Positions 1 through 8,817 of a stretch of DNA of 64,000 bases are shown here, piece after piece. The DNA comes from Dehalococcoidia bacterium (GTDB taxonomy: Bacteria; Chloroflexota; Dehalococcoidia; Bin125). The notes below the pieces were generated by a model. It ran no database searches. It had not been told where the DNA came from and was given only the letters and a program-made list of their open reading frames with translations. Location: NCBI GenBank assembly GCA_963663235.2, contig CAXXNO010000004.1, forward strand, positions 96,001-160,000, in the 5' to 3' direction. The translations under genes were made by a program, and so were the position numbers. Every line of letters begins with the position of its first letter. Positions within the stretch are counted from its first letter, which is position 1.

Positions 1-630
1 CTCCCGCTCAATCGTCAAAACGTCGGTGAGGTTCTGAACGCGATCGAGAAGCGCAAGCAGGCGCACCTCCTCCTGCTCCGCGGTCCGCAGGCGCGCCTCA
101 AGATCGATGAACTGTTCAGTCACGTCCTCGCTGCCGACGAACTCGTCCAGGACATCTCCCAGCGCCTCGATCCGCTCCAGCGCGGCGAAAAACCCATCCT
201 GCGGGACGCGGATCGTCAGCGTGGCCTGCTCCCGGTCCGCGCCGCCCGATCGCGATAGCTGCTCGACAAACCCCCCCGACGACTCCGCGATGCCCCGGAC
301 TTGCGTGACGGCACTCGCAACCGATTCGACGGCCACCGACACGGAAGCGATATTGATGACCTTCCGCTCGGTGATCTGCGCCGCATCAGCACCCTCGGCC
401 GCGAGTCCGCCCCCCGGCGCTACAGCGGCCACCGCGGCCTCGGCCGCCGCCTGATCGGCTGCATCCTCGAACTCTTCTCCGAAGTCGAAGTCCGGCACCA
501 GGGCTTCTTCGATCACCGACTCTGGGGCGAACTGCGGAATCGCCGAAGCATCGCCGTCACCGCCGCAGGCGGCCAGGGCCAGCGCCAGCGGCAGCACAGT
601 GAAGAGCAACGAGCGCGCGAGGAATCGCAT
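1..630 (-). CDS. DUF4349-domain lipoprotein (3' end outside window)
   Basis: Manual translation from ATG 630: MRFLARSLLFTVLPLALALAAC (lipobox), later SEDVTEQFIDLEARLRTAEQEEVRLLALLDRVQNLTDVLTIERE, typical of DUF4349. Not in the ORF track because it runs off the edge. Confidence 0.85.
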   Translation of the reverse strand, partial: MRFLARSLLFTVLPLALALAACGGDGDASAIPQFAPESVIEEALVPDFDFGEEFEDAADQAAAEAAVAAVAPGGGLAAEGADAAQITERKVINIASVSVAVESVASAVTQVRGIAESSGGFVEQLSRSGGADREQATLTIRVPQDGFFAALERIEALGDVLDEFVGSEDVTEQFIDLEARLRTAEQEEVRLLALLDRVQNLTDVLTIERE

Positions 631-730
631 CGGCGTGCCTCTCAAAGCCGCAGACCACCCCAGCATCGGCGCGTACCCGCCGAGCATAGGGCGTCCACTG
701 CCCAGCAATCTGGCCCGATCGAACAGTTAG

Positions 731-760
731 TTGACACTTACGTAATCCGATGCTTATCAT
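731..760 (+). promoter_or_regulatory. sigma70-type promoter of the arsR operon, probably leaderless
   Basis: TTGACA 731-736, 18-bp spacer, TATCAT 755-760; ATG follows 8 nt later with no Shine-Dalgarno. Confidence 0.65.
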
Positions 761-768
761 CCCCCCCG

Positions 769-1098
769 ATGAACAGCGCGATACAGGCCATCGCCGAGCC
801 GCGGCGGCGCGAAATCCTCCTGTTGGTCCGCGACGCGGAGCTCTCCGTCGGTGAGATCGCCTCCCACTTCGAGGTGTCCCGCCCGGCCATCTCGCAACAC
901 CTCCGGGTGCTCCGCGATGCCGGCCTCGTCACGCAGAGGAAAGCCGGAACGCGCCGCCTTTACCAGGTCCGACCAGAGGGGCTGGAGGAGGTGCGCGCTT
1001 ACCTGGACCAGTTCTGGGCCGATCATCTGCTACGCCTCAAGAAAGCGGCGGAACAAGAAGCGAGGAGAGAGACACTCCATGCCAGCGACCGAACCTGA
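769..1098 (+). CDS. ArsR/SmtB family transcriptional regulator
   Basis: AIAEPRRREILLLV...SVGEIASHFEVSRPAISQHLRVLRDAGLV wHTH; start reset to ATG 769. Confidence 0.92.
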   Translation: MNSAIQAIAEPRRREILLLVRDAELSVGEIASHFEVSRPAISQHLRVLRDAGLVTQRKAGTRRLYQVRPEGLEEVRAYLDQFWADHLLRLKKAAEQEARRETLHASDRT

Positions 1099-1555
1099 CG
1101 CCGTCCAGCAAGAGATCCGCATCGCCGCACCTCCGGAAACCGTGTTCCCCTTCTTCACCGATCCCGAGAAGATGCTCCGCTGGAAGGGGATCGAGGCGGC
1201 CCTCGACCCGCGCCCGGGCGGGATGTACCGCGTCAACATCACGGGCAAGGACGTCGCGCGGGGGAAGTACGTCGAGGTGGTGCCGCCGAGCCGCGTGGTG
1301 TTCACGTGGGGCTGGGAAGAGGAAGGGAATCCCGTGCCTCCGGGATCGAGCACCGTGAAAGTGACACTGACGCCCGACGGGGACGGCACGCTCGTGCGGC
1401 TGACGCACCGCGGCCTGCCGCCCGACGCGCGCGCTCCGCACGGCGAAGGCTGGGCGCACTTCCTGCCTCGCCTGGCGACGGTCGCGGCCGGTGGGGATCC
1501 CGGACCCGACCCTTGGGCCACCTCCGCGATGCGTGAGAGCGGACCGACGCGCTGA
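1079..1555 (+). CDS. SRPBCC/AHSA1 domain protein
   Basis: IRIAAPPETVFPFFTDPE...RVVFTWGW...TLVRLTH...HGEGW; overlaps the arsR end, a typical pair. Confidence 0.9.
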   Translation: MPATEPDAVQQEIRIAAPPETVFPFFTDPEKMLRWKGIEAALDPRPGGMYRVNITGKDVARGKYVEVVPPSRVVFTWGWEEEGNPVPPGSSTVKVTLTPDGDGTLVRLTHRGLPPDARAPHGEGWAHFLPRLATVAAGGDPGPDPWATSAMRESGPTR

Positions 1556-1602
1556 CCCCAGACGATCCACAGTCAGAAACGACGCCGAGAGGAGAGAGCA
1601 TC

Positions 1603-1950
1603 ATGCCGAATCCGGTCGTGCATTTTGAGATCATGGCCAAGGATGGCGCGAGAGCGGAGACCTTCTACTCCGAGCTGTTTGGCTGGAAGATCGACTCCAA
1701 CAATCCGATGAACTACGGCATCGTCGACAACGCCGGCGAGGGCATCAACGGTGGCGTCGGAAGCACGCCCGACGGCCAGGCGTTTGTCACCTTCTACGTC
1801 CAGGTGGACGATCTCCAAGCCTATCTCGACAAGGCCGTGAAGCTCGGCGGTAAGGTCTTGGTGCCCGTCACGGAGATCCCCAACATGGTGACCTTGGCGC
1901 AGTTCGAGGACCCCGACGGAAACCGGATCGGTCTCGTTAAGGAGATGTAG
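1603..1950 (+). CDS. VOC/glyoxalase family protein
   Basis: PVVHFEI...FYSELFGW...FYVQVDD...FEDPDGNRIGL; RBS GAGGAGAG. Confidence 0.92.
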   Translation: MPNPVVHFEIMAKDGARAETFYSELFGWKIDSNNPMNYGIVDNAGEGINGGVGSTPDGQAFVTFYVQVDDLQAYLDKAVKLGGKVLVPVTEIPNMVTLAQFEDPDGNRIGLVKEM

Positions 1951-2094
1951 CGGCGCACACGACGGGTGGCAGCGCGGCGCGAGGCGCTGGGGAGTGGAAC
2001 CGACGATCGAGTCCTGCTTCAATCACGTCGTCAGGCACTTCGCGGCGCACGCCAAGGCGTTCGCAGCGCGCTCGGCCGGATCTAGAGGCCGGCG

Positions 2095-3093
2095 TCAGCC
2101 CTCGGCGCTGAGCCGGATCAAGATCCGGCCCCGCACCTTGCCCGCGAGGATCGTGGACGTCGCCTCCGGCACGCCATCAAGAGTCGTCTCTTGCGCGATC
2201 GAGTCCAGCAGGCCCTTCGGCTTGAGATCCCCGGCGATCCGCGGCCACAACTCGCGCCGCAAGTCCATCGGCGCGTAGACGGATTCGATCCCGACCAGTT
2301 TGACGCCGCGCAGGATGAACGGCATGACCGTAGTCTGAAACGCGGTGCCGCCAGTCAGCCCAGACAGCGCCACGACGCCCCCGGACTTCGCGGCGCGCAA
2401 GAGGTACGCCGTCGTGTCGCCTCCGACGGGGTCGACCGCGCCCGCCCAGCGCTCCTTCTCCAGCGGGCGCTCGCTCGCAGCACTCGCCTCCTCGCGGGAC
2501 AGGATCTCGCTGGCGCCGAGGCCGCGGAGATACTCATGCTCCCCCGCTTTCCCGGTGCTCGCCGCCACCGTATAACCGAGCCCGGCCAGCATCGCCACTG
2601 CCGTACTGCCGACGCCGCCGGTCGCGCCCGTGACCAGCACCGGGCCGGCCTCCGGCGTTATGCCGTACCGCTCCAGTTCGTACACCGAGAGGGCGGCGGT
2701 GAAGCCCGCCGTGCCCATCGCCATCGCCTCCTTGGTGCTCAGGCCCGCGGGCAAGGGCACCAGCCAGTCCGCCGGAACGCGCGCCAATTCAGCGAAGCCA
2801 CCCGGATGGGAGACGCCCAGGTCGTAACCGGTGAGGAGGACGCCGTCGCCTTCCTTGAAGCGGGCATCGCTGGAGGCCGCGACGTGGCCAGCGAGGTCGA
2901 TCCCCGGCGTCATCGGGTAGTTGCGGATCACCCAGCTTTTGGGGATGCAGGCTAGGCCGTCCTTGTAGTTGATCCCGGACCACTCGACGCGGACCGTGAC
3001 CTCGCCCGCCGGCAACTGGGACTCGTCGAGCGCGGTCACCTGGGCTGTGAACTGGTCATCGGTCTTGTTCACAACGAATGCGCGGTACGTCAT
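2095..3093 (-). CDS. acuI: acryloyl-CoA reductase-like oxidoreductase (YhdH/AcuI, MDR family)
   Basis: SGINYKDGLA, PGIDLAG, GTAGFTAAL, VLVTGATGGVGS, VMPFILRGV. Confidence 0.85.
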   Translation of the reverse strand: MTYRAFVVNKTDDQFTAQVTALDESQLPAGEVTVRVEWSGINYKDGLACIPKSWVIRNYPMTPGIDLAGHVAASSDARFKEGDGVLLTGYDLGVSHPGGFAELARVPADWLVPLPAGLSTKEAMAMGTAGFTAALSVYELERYGITPEAGPVLVTGATGGVGSTAVAMLAGLGYTVAASTGKAGEHEYLRGLGASEILSREEASAASERPLEKERWAGAVDPVGGDTTAYLLRAAKSGGVVALSGLTGGTAFQTTVMPFILRGVKLVGIESVYAPMDLRRELWPRIAGDLKPKGLLDSIAQETTLDGVPEATSTILAGKVRGRILIRLSAEG

Positions 3094-3341
3094 GGCACTG
3101 CCTCCGGGCCGGGAGTTCCATCCTCACGCCGCCCCTGAGGCGGCGCCTGCGACCCTATCGCACGCGGGCACACCTGTCACGGGGGCACCCCCTGAGATGC
3201 GCATCGCGGGGACGGGCGGGCTGTGATTCCTCAGCAACGCCGACGATCGTCGCAGGACTTCTGCGCGCCGGGGGTCATTCCCTTTAGAATCGACATGCAG
3301 TCGGGGTAGCGGGTGCTCCGACCAGGACGTGGAGCGGGACG

Positions 3342-4280
3342 ATGAGTGGCGCCGATCCCGACGAGCTGGACCGACACCTGATCACGGAGCTGGCGGCGGA
3401 CCCGCGTCGCTCGTATGCCGATCTGGGCAAGCGGCTGGGGACCTCCGGCACCACCGTGTCCGCGCGGCTCGACCGGCTCCGCTCCACGGGCGTGATCACG
3501 TTCAAGGCGGCTCCGAATCTCGCAGCGTTCGGGCTCACGACCGAGATCATCGGCAACGTCGAGGCGGACGTCGGGCAGACGGCCGAGACCATCCGCGTGC
3601 TGGAGACCTCGCCCAACGTGTTGCGGATCGACCAGATCGCCGGCGAGTTCAACCTCCATTTCACGGCGGCGTTCCCCAATGACAGCGCCGTCGCGGACTT
3701 TCTGCGGAAGGTGCGGGCGACACCGGGCGTGCGGCGCGTAGCGGTGGAGCACGTCGTGGAGAACGTGAAGCAATCCGACGGGTGGAGCGCCGCCTTCGCC
3801 ACGACGGCACCCGGAGAGCCTCGCACTTACGAGGTCGCGGCCGGCACGCGGGTGCCCAGCCATCTCGAGCCCTTTCTGGACACCGTCGCGAAATGGGCCT
3901 ACGCCTACGTCGCGGGAGACCTTGAGCGGCTGCGCGACGTGTCCGATCCCCACCTGGTCCTCGAGATCATTCGGCCCCAGTCACACGCAGGGACGTTCGA
4001 GGGGCTGGAGGCTGTGGCCTTCGCTGGGCACAAGATCCGCGAGCTGTACCGGCGCTGGTGGTATCGCATCGTGGCCGTCAACGAAGCGGCGCCGCCGTTC
4101 ACCCTGGTCGTCGATGCCATGAGCCCCGCCGAACGTGACGACGGGCGGGTGACGACCATCTTCTCCCGCAACGCCTTCGCCATCGAGGGGGAGAAGGTCG
4201 TGCGGGTCACCGGCTTCGGCGCCGTGCCTCTAGAGGATCCAGCCGTCGAGCTGCCGCCGGAGGCGCAGCCGACTCGCTGA
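3342..4280 (+). CDS. Lrp/AsnC regulator fused to a C-terminal SnoaL/NTF2-like domain
   Basis: N-terminal DELDRHLITELAADPRRSYADLGKRLG HTH plus RAM domain; C-terminal YVAGDLERLRDVSDP...GTFEGLEAV...FAIEGEKVVRV. Confidence 0.75.
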   Translation: MSGADPDELDRHLITELAADPRRSYADLGKRLGTSGTTVSARLDRLRSTGVITFKAAPNLAAFGLTTEIIGNVEADVGQTAETIRVLETSPNVLRIDQIAGEFNLHFTAAFPNDSAVADFLRKVRATPGVRRVAVEHVVENVKQSDGWSAAFATTAPGEPRTYEVAAGTRVPSHLEPFLDTVAKWAYAYVAGDLERLRDVSDPHLVLEIIRPQSHAGTFEGLEAVAFAGHKIRELYRRWWYRIVAVNEAAPPFTLVVDAMSPAERDDGRVTTIFSRNAFAIEGEKVVRVTGFGAVPLEDPAVELPPEAQPTR

Positions 4281-4379
4281 CCGGTCCGTGTTTCCCGCAA
4301 TCCCAAACGTCCGAATCCGGCGGCGCAGCGTATGAATGGACATAGAGCGCCAGTCCGCTGGGTCGTGCCGGAGATGTGA

Positions 4380-5711
4380 GTGTTGCCGAGGCGCAGATTG
4401 TGGGCGATCGGCGGGATGCTAGCCGCGGGCGGGCTCGCCGCCGCAGCGTGTAGCGGGGGTGGCTCCGGCGACGAGAATGCCATCGAGACCACCGCAGAGC
4501 AATCGCAGCGCGACGGCGCCTCGCCCGCGCCCACAGAACCGGAGGAGGCGGGGGCGGACGCCGTCGAGCCGTTCCTGCCGCTGGATGTGACCACGACACC
4601 GGCGGGCGACCCGATCTTCCGCGACCCCACTGAGCCGCACCCCTCGGGAGTCCGATGGAACACGAACTGGGACATTCGCATCATCGATCTCCAAGAGCTG
4701 CTATCAGGCGGTCCGCCACGCGACGGCATCCCGCCGCTCGATGAACCAAAGTTCGTCGACATCACTACGGCCGACGAATATTACAAGGGCAATTCGCCGG
4801 TCATTCAATTCGAGGTGAACGGCGACGTCCGCGCCTATCCGCTGGCCATCATGACCTGGCACGAGATCGTCAACGACGTTGTCGGCGGCGTGCCGGTCTC
4901 TGTCACCTTTTGCCCCCTCTGCAACAGCGCCATCGCCTTTGAACGCACAGTAGGTGAGCGCGTGTTGACCTTCGGAACCTCCGGGCTCCTCCGCAGGAGC
5001 GACCTCGTGATGTGGGACCGCCAGACCGAGAGCCTCTGGCAGCAGATCGGCGCCAGAGCCCTCGTGGGCGACCTCGTCGGTGTGGATTTGACCCTCCTGC
5101 CGGCGCCCATCGTCTCCTGGCAGCAGTTCAAGGAGAACTTTCCGGACGGCCTGGTGCTCTCTCGGGACACCGGTTTCCGCCGCCAGTACGGCGCCAACCC
5201 GTACACCGGCTACGACGACATCAACGACAGCCCGTTCCTTTTCATCGGCGAGGTGGACGATCGGCTCAGCCCCTTCGAGCGCGTGGCCACCGTGCAGTTC
5301 GAGAGCGAAGTGGTCGCCTACCCATTCCCGCTCCTGCAGACCGTGCGGCTCTATGAGGACACGCGGGACGGCGACTCCCTCGTCGTCTTCTGGACGCCGG
5401 GGACATCCTCCGCTCTGGACACGTCCGTCATCGACCAAGGTCGCGAGGTCGGCTCCACCGGCGTCTTCTCACGCGAGATCGATGGAGAGACCCTCTCCTT
5501 CATGCCGAACCCAGACGACGATCAGACATTCCTCGACACCGACACCAGCTCGGCATGGAACATCTTCGGCACGGCCGTGTCCGGGCCGCGGGCCGGCGCC
5601 CAACTGACGCCGATCGTCCACGCCAACCACTTCTGGTTCGCGTGGGCGGCCTTCATGCCGGATACGGTGATCGTCACGGGGGCGGGGGACAACGACGCCG
5701 GAGCCGGATAG
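4380..5711 (+). CDS. DUF3179 domain lipoprotein
   Basis: Lipobox LAAAAC; GGPPRDGIPPLDEPKF, RAYPL..MTWHEIVND, TFCPLCNS, LVMWDRQTESLWQQ, FWFAWAAF. Confidence 0.9.
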   Translation: MLPRRRLWAIGGMLAAGGLAAAACSGGGSGDENAIETTAEQSQRDGASPAPTEPEEAGADAVEPFLPLDVTTTPAGDPIFRDPTEPHPSGVRWNTNWDIRIIDLQELLSGGPPRDGIPPLDEPKFVDITTADEYYKGNSPVIQFEVNGDVRAYPLAIMTWHEIVNDVVGGVPVSVTFCPLCNSAIAFERTVGERVLTFGTSGLLRRSDLVMWDRQTESLWQQIGARALVGDLVGVDLTLLPAPIVSWQQFKENFPDGLVLSRDTGFRRQYGANPYTGYDDINDSPFLFIGEVDDRLSPFERVATVQFESEVVAYPFPLLQTVRLYEDTRDGDSLVVFWTPGTSSALDTSVIDQGREVGSTGVFSREIDGETLSFMPNPDDDQTFLDTDTSSAWNIFGTAVSGPRAGAQLTPIVHANHFWFAWAAFMPDTVIVTGAGDNDAGAG

Positions 5712-6025
5712 CGACGGGCCGCTGGGGAACGCTCAGGCAGCCGGTAAGCACTCCAGCAGGCGTCCGGCGTGGGTTTCGCGCCGGGGGGCCAGACCACAAA
5801 GGTGAACCGGTAACTCAGCGCCACCGTGCCGTCTCGCTCGACGCACTGGAGAAGCCGCTCCCCCGTCGCGACTTGGCCGCGAGATCGCGCCCGCGCCTCG
5901 CTCTCCGTAAGCGCCCTTCCGAGCGATTGCACCTCCAGGATGGCGCCTCGGCGCTCCACATGCACGGGAGGGGGCGTGGACGCGAGCGTCGATTGCAGCA
6001 CGAAACCCGGTAGCCGGTCTGACAC
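5522..6025 (-). CDS. possible small hypothetical protein (3' end uncertain)
   Basis: GTG 6025 after GAAAGGG with coding-like codon usage to about 5735, then runs antisense into the DUF3179 gene. Confidence 0.3.
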   Translation of the reverse strand: MSDRLPGFVLQSTLASTPPPVHVERRGAILEVQSLGRALTESEARARSRGQVATGERLLQCVERDGTVALSYRFTFVVWPPGAKPTPDACWSAYRLPERSPAARRYPAPASLSPAPVTITVSGMKAAHANQKWLAWTIGVSWAPARGPDTAVPKMFHAELVSVSRNV

Positions 6026-6135
6026 AGCAGGCCCTTTCGTTTGATAGGGCCACTGTACCGGGGCCGGCTCGGCCCGCGTCATGGTGGAGTTTCCGAGCGC
6101 ACCGCGGAATCTCCCCTAATCACCCGCCCCACTCC

Positions 6136-6282
6136 CCGGCCGGCCCTTAGGTGGGGCGGGCAGCCCTGGAGCCTCACCCCCGAGCGAGACGAGCCATCGA
6201 GCCACCCTGAGACGCTTGAGCTAAAGCGCGTGGGTGGCGTACAACCTGTGCAGGCCATCCTGGCGCCGCCCTGATCGGCCGG
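6136..6282 (+). ncRNA. candidate structured RNA (rod with central bubble, 6S-like) or structured HU leader
   Basis: Nested complementary segments read by eye: CCGGCCG/CGGCCGG, GGGCGG/CCGCCC, GCCTCAC/GTG-C-AGGC, GCCACCC/GGGTGGC, CGCTT/AAGCG. Confidence 0.3.
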
Positions 6283-6307
6283 CAATCGCAGAAATGGGGA
6301 GGTACAT

Positions 6308-6643
6308 ATGGCGAAGCAGCAATATCGGATCGACGCCACGGACACTCCGCGGACCAAGACGGACATCCATCGGATTATCGCGGAGAACACCGACCTGTCG
6401 CGCAAGCAGGTCGGCGAAGTGTTCGAGACCCTGTCCGCCCTCATGAAGAAGGACCTCGGCCGGCGTGGGCCAGGCGTCTTCAACATACCGGGGCTGATGA
6501 AGATCATGGTCCAGCGCAAGCCCGCTACCCCGGCGCGGGAGGGAGTCAATCCCTTCACCGGCGAACAGACCGTGTTCAAAGCGAAGCCCGCCCGCAACGT
6601 CGTCAAGGTGCGGCCGCTCAAGGGCCTCAAGGACATGGTCTAG
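6308..6643 (+). CDS. HU family DNA-binding protein
   Basis: TKTDIHRIIAENTDLSRKQV...FNIPGLMKI...PAREGVNPFTGE...KAKPARNVVKVRPLKGLKDMV; RBS GGGGAGG. Confidence 0.92.
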   Translation: MAKQQYRIDATDTPRTKTDIHRIIAENTDLSRKQVGEVFETLSALMKKDLGRRGPGVFNIPGLMKIMVQRKPATPAREGVNPFTGEQTVFKAKPARNVVKVRPLKGLKDMV

Positions 6644-6743
6644 TCCGTTCCCCGTCCAGCGCCGCCCGCGCCGGATCCCTGCCGGGGCCGGGGCCCGGCG
6701 CTTCCGCTCTAGTACGCTAGGAGCGGAGACAAGGAGGGGCGCC

Positions 6744-7733
6744 ATGGGCGGAAGCGCGAAGAAGGAGCGGGTACGCGCCGCGCTGGCCGGTCGCCCGGTT
6801 GACCGCGTGCCGACATCGCTATGGGGGCATGATTTCCTCCGCGAATGGGAGCCGCGCGACCTGGCTGGGGCGACGCTAGAGGATTATCGCGCGCACGATT
6901 GGGACTTCATCAAGCTCAATCCGCGCTCCACGTACTTTGCCGAAGCCTGGGGCAATACCTACGATCGCCCCAGCGAGCAGCGGCAGCCGCGCCTCCTCCG
7001 GCCGGCTGTGCAGGGGATCGAGGACCTGGCCGCCCTGCGCGCCGTCGATCCCGTTGGTGGGGTATTCGCCGAGCATCTCACCGCTCTCCGCCTGGTGCTG
7101 GAGGAGGTCGGCGACGAAGTAGACGTGATCCAGACGATCTTTTCGCCGCTCGGAGTGGCTGGCGCGCTCTGCGGCGGCGAAGCGGCGTTTCGCGAGCACG
7201 CCGCCGCCGACCCGGCCGCCGCCCATCACGCACTCTCCGTGATCGGGGGGGTATTGGACGCCTACGCCGCAGCCTCGATCGACGCCGGATCGGCCGGGAT
7301 CTTCTACGCGCCTCTGGCGTGGGCCAGCCACGACACGTGCACGGAGCCGTTCTACCGAGAGTTCGGGCGACCTTACGACCTTCAGCTCCTCCACCGCGTG
7401 CGGGGCGCTCCGTTCAACGTTCTGCACGTCTGTCGCAACCACAACATGATCGATCTGCTGCTGGACTATCCTGTGGCGGCGCTGAACTGGGCCGATCGCG
7501 GAGTTGGCAACCCCAGCCTCGCGGACGTGAAGGCGCGCACGGCCAAGGCCGTGATGGGCGGCATCGACCAAACACGGTTGACGGAAATGGCGGACGACGC
7601 CGTAGCCGAGCAAGCTCGCTCGGCGCTGGCGGTGGGGCCGGAGCGCCTCTTCCTGACCGCCGGCTGCTCCATTCCTCCCGCCACATCGGCGGCCAATCGC
7701 GCCGTAGTCCGCCGGGCGGCGCGCGCGGACTGA
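6744..7733 (+). CDS. uroporphyrinogen decarboxylase-like (URO-D/MtaA superfamily) protein
   Basis: ERVRAALAGRPVDRVP, IQTIFSPL, FGRPYDL, LHVC, MGGID, LTAGCSIP. Confidence 0.85.
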   Translation: MGGSAKKERVRAALAGRPVDRVPTSLWGHDFLREWEPRDLAGATLEDYRAHDWDFIKLNPRSTYFAEAWGNTYDRPSEQRQPRLLRPAVQGIEDLAALRAVDPVGGVFAEHLTALRLVLEEVGDEVDVIQTIFSPLGVAGALCGGEAAFREHAAADPAAAHHALSVIGGVLDAYAAASIDAGSAGIFYAPLAWASHDTCTEPFYREFGRPYDLQLLHRVRGAPFNVLHVCRNHNMIDLLLDYPVAALNWADRGVGNPSLADVKARTAKAVMGGIDQTRLTEMADDAVAEQARSALAVGPERLFLTAGCSIPPATSAANRAVVRRAARAD

Positions 7734-7757
7734 GCCGCGCCGGAAAGGAGGCTGCAA

Positions 7758-8807
7758 GTGACCGAGCAGGAGATTCGTCTCTCTCAGTTGGCCGTTTGCG
7801 GCGGCTGAGGCTCCAAATACGGGGCTGAACCCCTGGCGCAGGTGCTGCGCCACCTCGCCGATTCGTTCCCTTCGGCCGACTTCCCCGCGCTGCTCGTGGG
7901 ACTGGACCGGCCGGACGACGCGGCTGTCTACCGGCTGAACGATGAGCAGGCCATCGTGCAGACGCTGGACTTTTTCCCGCCGTTCCTGGATGACCCCTAC
8001 ATCTATGGGGCGATCGCCGCGGCGAACGCCATGAACGACATCTATGCCATGGGGGGCGAGGTGCTCTTCGCCCTGAACATCGCAGGCTTCCCCGAGGACC
8101 TGCCGGTGCAGGTCGCGGCGCGCATCCTGGAGGGCGGCGCAGCCAAGGTGCGCGAGGCGGGAGGCGTCGTGGCCGGGGGGCACACGGTTATCGACATCGA
8201 GCCGAAGTACGGACTCTGCGTCACCGGCTTGGTGCACCCGCAGCGCATCCGGACCGTTGCCGGGGCCCGCCCAGGCGACATCATCGTGCTCACCAAGAAG
8301 CTGGGAACGGGTGTCCTGATCAGCGCGTTACAGAAGGGCCGAGCACAGGCAGAGCACGCCGAGGCAGCCATCCAGCAGATGCAGCAGTTGAACGCCGCCG
8401 CCGCCCGCGCCACCCACGACCTTGACGTGCATGCCATGACCGATGTCACTGGCTTCGGGATCGGCGGGCACCTGATCGAGATCGCACGCAGCAGCGGTGT
8501 GGAGATCCGGCTTGCGATCGGGGCGCTGCCCGTCCTGGACGGGTTCCTCGACTACGCGACCATGGGACTGACGACCGAAGGTCAGCGCCGGAACCAGGAG
8601 CACTTCGGCCGAGAGGTGTACGCCGAGGGTCCGCTCACCCCGGAGCAGGAGGCGCTGCTCTTCGACCCCCAGACGGCCGGCGGGCTCGTCATTGTGCTGC
8701 CGGAAGGAGAAGGCAGCCGCCTGCAGGAGCGTCTGGCGGATGCGGACGTCCCGAGCTGGCGCGTGGGCGACATCGCCGCGGGCAGCGGACTCTCCGTCTC
8801 GCCCTGA
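7758..8807 (+). CDS. selD: selenide, water dikinase (selenophosphate synthetase), selenocysteine-containing
   Basis: RBS AAGGAGG, GTG 7758; MTEQEIRLSQLAVCGG-U(TGA 7806-7808, codon 17)-GSK continues in frame into ORF 7842; DDAAVY, AANAMNDIYAMGG, GGHT, TDVTGFG, DPQTAGGL. Confidence 0.93.
7821..7852 (+). promoter_or_regulatory. putative bacterial SECIS element
   Basis: Hairpins GGGG-CTGAA-CCCC (7821-7833) and perfect 8-bp TGGCGCAG-GTG-CTGCGCCA (7834-7852) just 3' of the in-frame UGA. Confidence 0.6.
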
Positions 8808-8817
8808 CGCCCTGTCC

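Noticed and set aside
4380-5711. DUF3179 as a second selenoprotein
   Set aside because: The motif is CPLC with Cys codons and there is no in-frame TGA.
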